A stretch of DNA of 31,507 nucleotides from Octopus sinensis (GCF_006345805.1 NW_021832289.1:1-31507); one strand, 5' to 3'. Positions 1 to 10,645 are shown, counted from the stretch's first letter. Program-made: numbers and translations. Notes: generated by a model not told the origin, from the sequence alone.

Positions 1-44
1 AAGACTAAACTAAAAGAAACTCGTAATATCGTTTTAGTTACAAT

Positions 45-135
45 CCTTCGCGTTCTGAGTTCAAACCATTCATCAGTCAAGTTTGCCTCGTCATTCCCTC
101 ATGGGTCCATAAAATAAGCACCAAGCATACACTAA
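45..135 (+). mobile_element. Degenerate SINE family B fragment
   Basis: cgttctgagttcaaa...tttgcc...cataaaataagcaccaag aligns by eye to the body of better B copies (e.g. 28742-28957). Confidence 0.6.
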
Positions 136-270
136 CTATTGATTCACAGCTTCTCAAATTCTTTAATTGTCATCCCTTTTCTTTTACTAACGCGTTTTTC
201 GTGTCCCGTGGCTATGATTCATCGCCTGCACCACATCACAGATTACCCCAATTTTCGAATCGGCATACGT

Positions 271-440
271 AGACGCAGGCATCGCTGTGTGTGTATGTGT
301 ATGTGTGTGTGGTAAGAAGTTTGCTTCCTAGCAACATGGCTCCGGGTTCGGTCCCACTGCGTGGTGCCTGGATGTGTTTTATTGCTATAGCTCTGACCTG
401 ACCAAAGCCTCGTGAATAAATTTGATAAACGCTAACTGTT

Positions 441-480
<40 letters not shown>

Positions 481-680
481 AGCATTTGACAACTAGTGTT
501 GGTTTGTTTACATCTCTGTAACTTAGTGGTGTTGCAAAAGGGACCGATAGAATAAGTACAAGACTTTAAACAGAAATGAATTCTGGGATCGATTTGCGCG
601 ACTGAAAACCCTCCAAGGCAGTGCTCCAGCATGGCCGCAATCCAATGACTGAAACAAATGAAAGAGAAAAAAGAGAAAAA
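271..680 (+). mobile_element. tRNA-derived SINE family A, diverged full-length copy
   Basis: Head with B-box-like gggttcggtccc, internal (TG)n, 3' part gtgctccagcatggccgca...tgactgaaacaa and (aaagag)n tail; matches 24915-25487. Confidence 0.85.
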
Positions 681-890
681 GGAGAGCTGGCAGAATCGTT
701 AGAACGTTGGACAAAATGCCCACGGCTTTTCTGATAGCCTTTATATTTTATATGTTCTGGTTTCAAATCCTATGGCAGTTTTAAGCTTTGCTGCTCATTC
801 TTTCAGGAATAATAAAACAAAGTACAAATGAAGTACAAGGTGTCAATGGTATCGTCTGAAATGGTGTCCTTGTGTCTAAATCAGAAATCT
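681..890 (+). mobile_element. SINE family B (old short-tail variant)
   Basis: ggagagctggcagaatcgttagaacg head, diverged body, ttgtgtctaaatcagaaa tail. Confidence 0.7.
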
Positions 891-1020
891 TTCTTTGAAG
901 ACATGTCAACTTAGCAAAACTAAATTCTTCGTCGATTGCAGCGCGGAAGACACAATATAGTCATTCAGAAACACACAATGACTCTTAACTTCGCTTAAAC
1001 ATTCATTGTCTGTAATATGG

Positions 1021-1083
1021 CAGGGGTTCTCAACCATTTTTTTTTAATCTATGGACTCCCTTTGATTACTATTTTATTCTGGT
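1021..1083 (+). mobile_element. Possible left end of a hAT-type MITE
   Basis: Begins CAGGGGTTCTCAACC, typical of hAT/Charlie-like termini; no partner TIR found. Confidence 0.4.
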
Positions 1084-1305
1084 GAATGGCGAAATGACAA
1101 AATGATTTTGCGAATGGCGAGATGACAAAATGATTAGCAGCACTTCGTCCGTATGTACGTTCTGAGTTTAGATTCCGCCACGGTCGACTTTGCCTTTCGC
1201 CCCTTTTGAGATCAATAAAAGAAGTACCAGTTGGGCATTGGGGTCGATGTAATCCACCAACCCCATCCTCCAACATTTCAATCCTTGTGCCTATAGTAGA
1301 AATGA
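1084..1305 (+). mobile_element. SINE family B (short-tail variant) with a 28-bp tandem duplication at its 5' end
   Basis: gaatggcgaRatgacaaaatgatt x2 (1084, 1112); cgttctgagttt...ggtcgactttgccttt...aagtaccagtt...ttgtgcctatagtagaaa. Confidence 0.75.
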
Positions 1306-1308
1306 TAC

Positions 1309-1907
1309 TAAGGCGGCTAGCTGGCAGAATCGTTAGCAAACCGGACAAATTACTCAGCGGCATTTCGTCTGTTTCTACATTCTGAGTTCAAATTCCACCG
1401 AGTTCGACTTTGCCTTTCATCCTTCTGGGTGCGATAAAATAAGCCCTACTCTTTTACTCGTTTCAGTCATTTGACTGCGGCCATGCTGGAGCACCGCTTT
1501 TAGTCGAGCAAATCGACCCCGGGGCTTATTCCTTGTAAGCCCAGTACTTATTCTTTCGTTCTCTTTTGCCGAACCGCTAAGTGATGGGGACGTAAACACA
1601 CCAGCATCGGTTGTCAAGCAATGCTAGGGAAACAAACACAGACACACAAACATATATACACACACACACACATATATATATATACATATATACGACAGGC
1701 TTCCTTCAGTTTCCGTCTACCAAATCCACTCACAAGCCATTGGTCGGCCCGAGGCTATAGCAGAAGACACTTGCCCAAGATGCCACGCAGTGGGACTGAA
1801 CCCGGAGGAACCATGTGGTTTGTAAGCCACTCCTGCGCCTACAATTGAACACTGGCGTAGATTCCTCCTCGGAATTGTTGGCCTTGTGCCAAAATTCGAA
1901 ACCAATA
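1309..1907 (+). mobile_element. SINE family B (short-tail variant) split by an antisense SINE A
   Basis: Head aaggcggctagctggcagaatcgttagc to 1446; tail ggccttgtgccaaaattcgaaacc resumes after 1841. Confidence 0.8.
1447..1840 (-). mobile_element. SINE family A
   Basis: Reverse complement reads aggcgcaggagtggct...ggttcagtcccactgcgtggc...gactgaaacgagtaaaagagta; short cctac duplication at both ends. Confidence 0.9.
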
Positions 1908-2179
1908 TGGTGTCAAAATTTTCGTCGTACCAACTGAGAGCTTGACTTCATCACTGACGAAGTTGTTGCACTGCATCTCAAACCACTTATCATGCGAGTC
2001 CATCTCTGTCAGTTCTTTATCACATCGTTAATCTTGTGATGGTCTATTATTCTCCTTATCAATAAAAACTTCAGCAGCCGGAACTAGCATCACTCTCCTT
2101 TTATGGTAGTAGCAGCCATTATGACGTACATTCATTACAGATATTCTTTATTATAGTATAGATAACTAGTTTAACGCCT

Positions 2180-2554
2180 ATCTCTCTCTCCCTCCCTTTC
2201 TCTCTCTCTCCCTCCTTCTCTTCCTTCTGCGCTATAATACAATATATATACATCCATTTTGTGCCCTGCTCTAAGAGTTCTTTCTGCAATTAGATAATTC
2301 TCTCTCTTTCTCTTCTCCCCCTCTCTCTCTCTCTTTTCCTCTATCTGTCTGTTTGTCTCTCTTTCTCCCTCTCTCTCTCTCTCTCTCGCTCTCTCTCTCT
2401 CTGTTCATAAATATGCCTTTCTCTTATTTTTATCTCTTTCACACCCAATCTTCTTCAGTATTCTCTCTACGTAAAACTCTCTCAACATAATTTCTCTCTC
2501 CTTTCTCTGTTATCTTCTTCCTGCTCTTCTTCTTCTCCTTCTTCTTCTTCTTTG

Positions 2555-2586
<32 letters not shown>

Positions 2587-2703
2587 ACTCTCTCCCTCTC
2601 CCTCTCTCACTCTCTCTGTCCTTCTCACAGCCGGTTTTTCTCTCTCACTGTGGCATTACCATACACAAAATTATTCCTAATAGTTCTTTCATCAGTCGGA
2701 TTA

Positions 2704-2734
<31 letters not shown>

Positions 2735-2830
2735 CTCTTCTAATTTCCCTCTCAGTCAATCTCTTTCACCCTCATGGTTTCTCTCTCTCCCTCTCACCTC
2801 CCCCCTCTCCCCCCTCTTTTTTTCCCTCTT
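2180..2830. repeat. Interrupted (CT)n/(CTT)n polypyrimidine low-complexity region
   Basis: Direct reading. Confidence 0.9.
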
Positions 2831-2926
2831 ACCCAGCATAAGCTAAAAGAAATATCAAACAGCTCTAAACCACACAATCCGCATGAGCCTTAAAATAATT
2901 AAAAGCCATATACGTTTTCAATCTTT

Positions 2927-2958
2927 CTGGGACCTGGGACCTGGGACCTGGGACCTGG
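2927..2958 (+). repeat. 7-bp tandem repeat (CTGGGAC) x4.5
   Basis: ctgggacctgggacctgggacctgggacctgg. Confidence 0.95.
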
Positions 2959-3329
2959 TGCCGGGTGCAAATCTTTTAAAATGGGGTCTGAACGGTTTAT
3001 TTAACATAGGGTCTCACCAAGTGTAAAACCGGCACTGCTCTCTCTGTCTCTGTCTCTCTCTCTCTGTCTCTCTCTCTCTCTGTCTCTCTCTCTCTCTGTC
3101 TCTCACTCTCTCTCTCTCTCTCTCGCTCTCTGCCAAAGCCTTTCCGGCTATCTCATTAGCGCTGTCTTTATGTCACTTTCTCTTGATCTCCGCCACACCC
3201 TCTCTCTTTCTACATTTTTGTGTGCGTGCGTGTTTCAGCATGAGTGTGTGTGTTTGCGTGTGTGTTTGTATGTCTGTCTGTCAAGTAAAGTGAAATTAAC
3301 TCCTCATGGGGAAAATTCTTCCTTGCGCT

Positions 3330-3338
3330 TCTATCTCT

Positions 3339-3383
<45 letters not shown>

Positions 3384-3614
3384 AACCTATCTATCCATCT
3401 ATATCGGTCTATCTATTTATTCGTTTATCTGTCTATATATTTATTTACGCGTCTATCTATCTATCTATCTATCTATCTATCATCTATCTATCTATCTATG
3501 TCTGCCTATTTGTGTCTCTGTCTATCACTCTTTTTATCTATCTATTTCTTTATCTATCTGCCTATATCTATATCGATCTATCTATTTGTCTACCTGCCTA
3601 TATATTTATTTGTG

Positions 3615-3646
<32 letters not shown>

Positions 3647-3745
3647 CTATCTGCCTGTCTGTCTGTCTTTCTGTCTAGCTACCTTTATGTCTTTCTGCTC
3701 CTATATCTATATTTATCTCTATCTCTCTATCTATCCATCTATATA
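3330..3745. repeat. Degenerate (TCTA)n / GATA microsatellite
   Basis: Direct reading; source of the 229-aa and 146-aa spurious ORFs. Confidence 0.95.
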
Positions 3746-4259
3746 GTTCCTTTTCACAGCCCGCTCATCACTCAAGAGTTTTCACTGCGCCGGCGTGAAA
3801 AAAAGGTCGAGCGAAGAGCATCCTACGGTCACGTGAGATTGTATAAACATGTTACATAATCCGGTATGTTGATCAATCTACGCACGAATGTTATGTAAAC
3901 TCGGCACAGCAAATAATCCAGTCATTAAATAGATGGCGTTATGATGGGTGGAAATGGGTAAAGGGGGGTAAGTGAGAGGTATATGCGTGTAAGAGACAGA
4001 GAGTATATGTGCGTATACATACGCACATATTGTGTGTATGTGTGTGAATGTGCATACACACACACACACGCATACACACACACACAGTGCATGTATACAG
4101 ACATACGTACATGTGAGTGTGTGAGTGCAAGTTTATGTGCGCATATGTGTGTGCGTTTTGTGTATGTGCGCGCGCGAGATAGCTTTTGCGCGTGCGCGTG
4201 CGAGGGCTTGTAAAAAATTCCCAACGAAAACTGTAAAACGGAATGTCGTGTTATGATAT

Positions 4260-4285
4260 GTTGCTAAGCAACAACGAGCGGAAGT
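4260..4285 (+). promoter_or_regulatory. Candidate RFX X-box plus ETS site
   Basis: Near-palindromic GTTGCTAAGCAAC (4260-4272) followed by GCGGAAGT (4278-4285) in unique, CpG-containing DNA. Confidence 0.35.
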
Positions 4286-5124
4286 AACAGCTGTATCGAC
4301 ATCAATTGAGATTAAAACTAAATTATAACCCGACTAATTTTTTTTTTCTTTCTTTTCTGGGGTACGGAGTAGGGGGGGGGGACAAGAATTAAGGATGGAA
4401 GGAGAGCTTCTTGTTTTGTTTATATTTCCTTCTTCTTCTCCTCCTCCTCCTCCTCCTGCCTGCCCCCTCTTCGTCGCATTCCTCCCCCTATAAGTTAACC
4501 GAGAGCGGATGCTAGCAGTGACCGTTACCAAAACAGCATGCGTTAAAGAACAATACCGAAACACTGACTTCTACATTCACACTTCTGTGTCACCCGATTT
4601 CAACTATTTGCTTCCTTTTTTTTTTTCATTGCATACCCGATCGTGGGTATTTCTCTCTCTCTCCATCCCCTCTCTCTCTCTCCCCCCTCTCTCTCCCTTC
4701 TTTTTCCCCTCGTTACATAAATTCATAAAGATACAGAAAAAAATATGTACGTCGTATTGCTCTACAAACATACGCAACGCGCGTGCACGTACGCACGAAC
4801 AAAGAGAGGAGCAAATATTTCACCACTTCCGAGGTTCCACTCGCTATGAAACATATGTAAACCGGATTTCCCATGCTCCATTCTGTAATCCTTGTATTGT
4901 TTTTCGGACACTCGACAACCTTGGTTGCCTACCAAGGGATATAAAAAGAACTTTCTTTCAGCTCATCATCCTTCGATATAGGAAAAGATAAATCCGCAAC
5001 CTTCCGACTCAATATACCACGATTGTTCCTGAAAGTCGTTTTTTATATATTCACAACGGATTGCGCTAACTTAACTTCCTTCCTACACCTCGATCCCTGG
5101 ATCTTACATATATATATTATATAT

Positions 5125-5177
<53 letters not shown>

Positions 5178-5181
<4 letters not shown>

Positions 5182-5369
5182 CGCCATGATAGATCGTTAG
5201 CCACTACACACATTTTTTTTCTCTCCTTGTTTTTTTCTGTGTCCCTTTCTGTAGAAGACGTAGGCTCGAAACGTAAAAGACTTTTTCTATTCCTGAGCGT
5301 TTATACTAATAATCTGTTTGTTTTGTACACCACTTGTCTTCGTCGTTTTTTTTTTTTCGTAAACTCTCC

Positions 5370-5370
<1 letters not shown>
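5178..5370 (+). mobile_element. Short (TA)n-embedded element, family X, with HHR-like core (PLE pseudo-LTR-like)
   Basis: cttt-CTGTAGA-a-gac(gtag)gctc-GAAA-cgTA-aaag at 5245-5279; flanked on both sides by (TA)n; homologous to 8392-8565 and 14731-14903. Confidence 0.7.
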
Positions 5371-5401
<31 letters not shown>

Positions 5402-5405
<4 letters not shown>

Positions 5406-5597
5406 ATCCAAACATGAAAACACAAAGAGAAAACACAACAACGCGAGGACGTAGAACAAGTATAGTGATATTGGACGCTCGGGAAAGGAAAGAAAGAAGG
5501 AGGATTTAACGTTTCGCGCGGGGTTCTTCGTCAGAAACATAGAAAAAGGAAGGGAAGACGGAGGGGAAAAAATCGCCAACGATACACACGCGGTCAC
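5402..5597 (-). mobile_element. Short (TA)n-embedded element, family Y, with minimal HHR core (PLE pseudo-LTR-like)
   Basis: Minus strand: gttt-CTGACGA-a-gaaccccgcgc-GAAA-cgTT-aaat at about 5504-5538 (stem II mutated); second copy at 22245-22370. Confidence 0.7.
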
Positions 5598-5681
5598 ATA
5601 TATATACATACATACTTCCTTGGAAATGGATGCGTGGCGTTCAATTAGATAATAATATATATATAAAGTAACGACTTCTTG

Positions 5682-6165
5682 CCAACATAATGTGACAGTC
5701 CCAGGATGGGACAGATGTTACAGTTATTTAGCCCCAGAAGACAACGTTTCCAGTTGGCTATACGACACAAAAATTCGTTGCCCGTATATTTTCGAACAGG
5801 GGAGATCGGCACTTCCACCCAGCACAACCTCGCTTTCACAGAGCGGTTTCTGGGTTATTGTCCTTTATCAGCGTGGAGTAGCTTGGTTGGCTAGATGTCG
5901 CTACTGTAGATTTCAAAGTGATACACAGTCACTGATCTACAAAATAGAAATATTATTTCTAAATCTCTCAAAGAGAGATATACATTAACAGCACCATAAT
6001 GTAATGACTATTTACCAACATAATATGGCAGTCCCAGGATGGGACGAATGTTACTGTTATTTAGCCACAGGAAACATCGTTTCCAGCTCGGTATACAACA
6101 CAAAAAATTCTGTGTCCTTATATTTTCGAACAGGAGAGATCAGCACCTCTGCCCAGCACAACCTC
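5682..6165 (+). repeat. Two diverged direct copies of a ~150-bp interspersed repeat (5682-5832 and 6015-6165)
   Basis: ccaacataatRtgRcagtcccaggatgggac...tattttcgaacagg...cccagcacaacctc in both. Confidence 0.85.
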
Positions 6166-6168
6166 TCG

Positions 6169-6223
<55 letters not shown>

Positions 6224-6239
6224 TATATATATAAACATA

Positions 6240-6405
6240 TCGACACCAGTTGTCAAGCGGAGGTGGTGGACAAACAAATACACAGAGACACAGACAAGCT
6301 TTAGTCGTCCCGAAGCTAAAGTAGAAAACACTTGCCCAAGGTGTCACGCAGTGGGAACTGAGCCCTGAACCATGTGGTTGGGAAGCAAGCTTCTTACCAC
6401 ACGCC
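6240..6405 (-). mobile_element. SINE family A, internally deleted
   Basis: acacttgcccaaggtgtcacgcagtgggaactga...gcaagcttcttaccacac. Confidence 0.75.
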
Positions 6406-6715
6406 AAAAACAAAACTAATTAAATCAAAACCTAATGATATAAACCAGAAATACGATTGTCTACAATCGACCCGTTTGGTCCTCCTTCAGAATTTAAGCG
6501 TTCGGCTATTGGTACGAAGGAATAGAAAGCTTTTCTCTCTTTCTCTCTCCCCCTCTTTCCCTCTTCCTTTCTCTCTCCCCCTCTTTCCCTCTTCCTTTCT
6601 CTCTCCCCCTTTCTCTTTCTCTCTCGCTTAAAAATTTTTTTCTTACCTCACATTTACTTTCACTTTCTTTGACACGTGTATATGTATAAGCGCATTAACT
6701 GTTTCAAAACCAACC

Positions 6716-6830
6716 TTGCGAAAAGAAAACTTCACAAAAAATTGCATCAACCGGCTGTGGAAGATATTGCCAAACAGCGTAAATCATTCACGATTCCCAG
6801 CATGCAACAAGATTCACATTTTCAAGACTA
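6716..6830 (+). pseudogene. Possible CR1/L2-type LINE ORF2 C-terminal remnant
   Basis: Translation RKENFTKNCINRLWKILPNSV...FK resembles the R..FF..R.IN.WN.LP..V...FK tail motif of CR1/L2 ORF2. Confidence 0.3.
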
Positions 6831-6858
6831 ACCATGCCTGCAAACTTGTACACATACA

Positions 6859-7271
6859 TTTACTCTTTTACTCTTTTACTCTTTTACTTGTTTCAGTCAT
6901 TTGACTGCGGCCATGCTGGAGCACCGCCTTTAATCGAGCAACTTGACCCCAGGACTTATTCTTTTGTAAGCCCAGTACTTATTCTATCAGTCTCTTTTGC
7001 CGAACCGCTAAGTAACGGGGACATAAACACACCAGCATCGGTTGTCAAGCAATGCTAGGGGGACAAACACAAACACACACGCATATATATATATATATAC
7101 ATATATACGACGGGCTTCTTTCAGTTTCCGTCTACCAAATCCATTCACAAGGCTTTGGTCGGCCCGAGGCTATAGTAGAAGACACTTGCCCAAGGTGTCA
7201 CGCAGTGGGACTGAACCCGGAACCATGTGGTTGGTAAACAAGCTACTTACCACCCAGCCGCTCCTGCGCCT
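6859..7271 (-). mobile_element. SINE family A, near-consensus full length
   Basis: Complete head, body and (gagtaaaa)n tail on the minus strand. Confidence 0.92.
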
Positions 7272-7424
7272 GTGTATATGTGTACATGTACGTCTGTATG
7301 CATGTATAAATACACAAGACTGATGTATAAATTCCAACGAATGGGTCTTGTTTCATTAGAAACAGGCTCTTTTTCCATTAAGAAATTCGTAATGTTAAAC
7401 AGGGAAATATATATATATATTATT

Positions 7425-7735
7425 CATTTATGCGCCCTTTTCAAGCCTAGCCAGGTTCATGGGCCCGGTTTCCCGGTTTCTGTGGCGAATGTCTTCTCCT
7501 TAGCTGGACGTGACGCCAGTCCATCGCAGCGTTACTAAAAGAAAACAGAAAGAGAGAGTGAGAGAAAGTTGAGGCGAAAGATTACAACAGGGGTCGCCAC
7601 CCCACCCCTGTCGGAGCATCGTGGAGCTTTTAGGTGTTTTCGCTAAATAAACACACACAACGCCCGGTCTGGGAATCGAAACCGCGATCCTACGACCGCG
7701 AGTCCGCTGCCATGACCACTGGGCCATTGCGCCTC

Positions 7736-7736
<1 letters not shown>
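7425..7736 (-). mobile_element. tRNA-derived SINE family C
   Basis: Reverse complement ggaggcgcaatggcccagtggt...ggtttcgattccc...gcgatggactggcgtc...gaaaccgggaaaccgggcccatgaacctggctaggcttgaaaagg; closely matches 13035-13344. Confidence 0.9.
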
Positions 7737-7768
<32 letters not shown>

Positions 7769-7789
7769 GCACACACACACACATATATA

Positions 7790-8013
7790 CGAGAGGGTGC
7801 TGAAAAGTACCTGGTTCTAAGAGTGTTACGAAAGGCCTAGTTGGGGGCCCAACCTTCCGAGTTCTTCTTTTATAAGACTTAGAAAAGCTGAAGGAGTACG
7901 GCAATAAGTGCGTGAATCTAGAAGGGGAATATGTTCAATAAAGTCATAATTAACTGTTCCTCCTCTATTTTCTTTTACGAAAAGCCAGGAACCTTTCAGC
8001 ATCACCTCCTTCG
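7790..8013 (+). mobile_element. Non-autonomous mariner-like element retaining the transposase C-terminus
   Basis: TA + cgagagggtgctgaaaagtacctgg ... ccaggaacctttcagcatcacc(tcct)tcg imperfect TIRs; internal LEKLKEYGNKCVNLEGEYVQ* resembles the mariner KL..RW.KCI...G.YVE end. Confidence 0.75.
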
Positions 8014-8029
8014 TGTATATGTGTGTATA

Positions 8030-8318
8030 TCACGTGATCGACCAGATTATCGGATGTTATTATACATCGCTGATCACAATGTGCTTTGCATCATTTTAGC
8101 TTTCGATTTATGCCATCTCACTCGCTAGGCGAGCATCCCAACATTCTCCCCGATCGGAAGACCAATCCGTTGTAGGACTACTCATGTACAGCCGAGTGGA
8201 CAGGAACAAGGTGAAATGATGAGTTTTTACTCAAGAACACAACGTGCCGCTCTGTCTGTGGGAATCGAACCCACGATCAACTAATCGTGAGTGCAACACT
8301 CTAACCACTAAGCCACAC
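8030..8318 (-). mobile_element. tRNA-derived SINE family D
   Basis: Reverse complement gtggcttagtggttagagtgttgcactcacgat...ggttcgattccc...gtgttcttgag; shares its tail with 10655-10920. Confidence 0.75.
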
Positions 8319-8391
8319 ACACACATGTAATATATATATGAGTGTGTGTGTGTGTGTGTGTGTGCGTATGTATAAGTATGTGTTTGTACGC

Positions 8392-8565
8392 GGGAACAAC
8401 AAGCAGGTGTAATAGTTTGACGCTCAGGAAGAAAGAAAAAGTCTTCGATGTTCCGAGCCAACGCTCTTCGATAGAAGGGATTGAGAGGGGGGAAATGGAA
8501 AGATAACTGAAAAAGAAAAGAGAGAGAAACAAATCTAGGGATTAGGGATTAACGGTTCAACATGA
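8392..8565 (-). mobile_element. Family X-related short element with decayed HHR core
   Basis: Minus strand ctt-CTATCGA-a-gagc(gttg)gctc-GGAA-cATC-gaagactttttc...ttcctgagcgt; lies between microsatellites. Confidence 0.6.
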
Positions 8566-8654
8566 TATCCATACAACCATAAATACAAGCATATGTACAT
8601 ACGTACGTATATACATGTGACGTTAGCTTGTCACATTCTTTGGAAATCTCAGAT

Positions 8655-8734
8655 TGCATGTATGTAGATATGAATGTATATGAGTCTATGTATGCATATA
8701 TGCATGTATATATGTGTGTGTATGTTTGTATGTG

Positions 8735-8808
<74 letters not shown>

Positions 8809-8885
8809 ATATATGTACATATATATACACATACATACATATGTATTTTATGCATATATGCCTGAGTATTATATTGTGTGTATGT

Positions 8886-8927
<42 letters not shown>

Positions 8928-8952
8928 AATATATAATATATATTATATATAT
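8655..8952. repeat. (TA)n/(TATG)n microsatellite complex
   Basis: Direct reading. Confidence 0.95.
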
Positions 8953-9165
8953 TGGGGATGGGGTGACTGTGGGTATGAGAGTGTGCTTGAGAATGTTAAA
9001 ATATTTGAGTAAGAATTAGTGTCAGCTGATGACGTCACATGACACCGTTTCCAAGCAGAGCTTCTGACCACAGCGAGCATTGACCCAGAAGCGTACCTGT
9101 TGACGTCGTCTTACCTCTTTCTCTTCACTCCGGACACTCGTTTTGCAACATGGACGCGATAAAAT

Positions 9166-9173
9166 GCTACTGT

Positions 9174-9210
<37 letters not shown>

Positions 9211-9262
9211 GCTGCTGCTACTGCTGCTGCTACTGCTGCTGCTACTGCTGCTGCTGCTGCAG
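9166..9262. repeat. (CTA)n grading into (CTG)n trinucleotide repeat
   Basis: Direct reading. Confidence 0.95.
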
Positions 9263-9639
9263 CTGTTTGTACAACTACTACCGCTATTGATATTTTAAAT
9301 TATTCCGCTTAATTGCATGTTGCTGTTAATTGCACATTACCGAAGTTTTCTCAAGACCGGATCATTTAGCTTGAAATCTCTGCATAATTGTTCGGTTCGT
9401 TGCATATGAAAATAAATCAATTTCGCTTTATTGCATACACGGATTTCCTTCATTTCTCTCCCCTCTCTCTCTTTTCTTTAATATTTAGAGTTAGTGTAAA
9501 AATAAATAAGTAAAAGACAGAATTTGGCCTAAAATAGAACGTTCTTTCATTCGATATAAACAAATTGATTCTAGAAGCTTCTCTATTTCAGATAAAGTAC
9601 AAAGACGGTTGTCGGTACTTCATGTTTAAAAGCAATCAA

Positions 9640-9765
9640 GTGTGGCAGTGTGCTTCCCAACCACATAGATCCGGGTTCAGTCCTACCTTGGGCAAGTATC
9701 TTTTACTATAGCCTGGAACCGACCAAAGCCTTGTAAGTGGGATTGAGAGACGGAAACTAGATGAA
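9640..9765 (+). mobile_element. SINE family A 5' fragment
   Basis: gcttcccaaccacat...ccgggttcagtcc...ccttgggcaagtatc...ccgaccaaagccttgt...gacggaaact. Confidence 0.75.
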
Positions 9766-9767
9766 AC

Positions 9768-9833
<66 letters not shown>

Positions 9834-9900
9834 CAGGTTGAGAATATAGACCTCTTATGGGGCTGATTCCATTGAAGTTACACTGGATTAGTATATTATT

Positions 9901-9990
9901 TTCTTATTTCTTTATTGCCCACAAGTGGCTAAACATAGAGGGAACAAACAAAGACAGACAAAGGGATAAAGTCGATTACTCTGATCCCAG
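9901..9990 (-). mobile_element. SINE family B long-tail 3' fragment
   Basis: ttcttatttctttattgcccacaag...acagacaaaggga is the reverse complement of the long B tail. Confidence 0.8.
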
Positions 9991-10144
9991 TCACTTGGAT
10001 CGAATCCAGTACTTTGTGGTTGCGAAGCGAACATCTTGAACCATTTGGCCAAACTGCATCTACTCCAGAAAAACTAAACGACACATATAAAACAAAAACA
10101 AATAAAAAAATAACATGAAATAATGTTGATGGTCGGCAAGATTA

Positions 10145-10318
10145 GGGGAAGCGGATAAATCGATTACATTGACCCCGGTTATCAACTGGTACTTATTTTA
10201 TCGATCCTCAAAAAGGTGAAAGGCAAAGTCGATCTCAGCGGAACTTCAACTCGGAACATAAAGATGGATGGAATGCCGCTAAATATTTTGCCCAGCGTGC
10301 TAACCATTCTGGCCAGCA
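10145..10318 (-). mobile_element. SINE family B
   Basis: actggtacttattttatcga...gaaaggcaaagtcga...cgtgctaaccattctggccagc. Confidence 0.8.
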
Positions 10319-10469
10319 TTGGTTGTTGCTGTTGTTGTTGTTGTTGTTGTTGGTTACCTCACGCGCCTGGGGATAACTCTCAGAAGCGCTAGAGCCGCGG
10401 AAGGGAGACGAATCATCTCATTGTAGCCCCTAGCCAGAGATGTTCCGCAGATTACACCTCCTGGTACAT

Positions 10470-10645
10470 AGTTGTTTTTGTTGTTGTTATTGGTGGTGGT
10501 GGTGGTGGTGGTGGAGGCGGAAGCGGTGGAGATGATGGTGGCGGTGGTAGTACTTTTGGTAGTGGTGTTGGCGTTGATGGTGTTGCGGTTGATGTGATGA
10601 GGCTGCTGCTGTTGGTGAAAATGATGGTGGTGATGGGGGTGGTTT
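10470..10645. repeat. Degenerate (GGT/GTT)n repeat
   Basis: Direct reading; source of the poly-Pro and poly-His ORFs. Confidence 0.9.

Noticed and set aside
1621-1848. Recurrent peptide RASFSFRLPNPLT...RHLPK as a multigene family
   Set aside because: It is the antisense reading of SINE A, repeated wherever the SINE occurs.
1954-1990. CTGACGA as a hammerhead core
   Set aside because: No stem II or downstream GAAA..UH arrangement.
3170-3859. 229-aa ORF as a membrane protein
   Set aside because: It is the translation of the (TCTA)n microsatellite.
4509-4991. 160-aa ORF near promoter-like motifs
   Set aside because: It runs through CT and poly-T low-complexity sequence and resembles no protein family I recognise.
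5828-5880. Minus-strand ctgataa...gaaac as a hammerhead
   Set aside because: Core mismatch, no UH triplet, and no stem I complementarity.
9026-9052. CTGATGA followed by a gtca/tgac hairpin as a hammerhead
   Set aside because: No GAAA or stem III follows. The overlapping TGACGTCA (CRE) palindrome alone is also too short to call.
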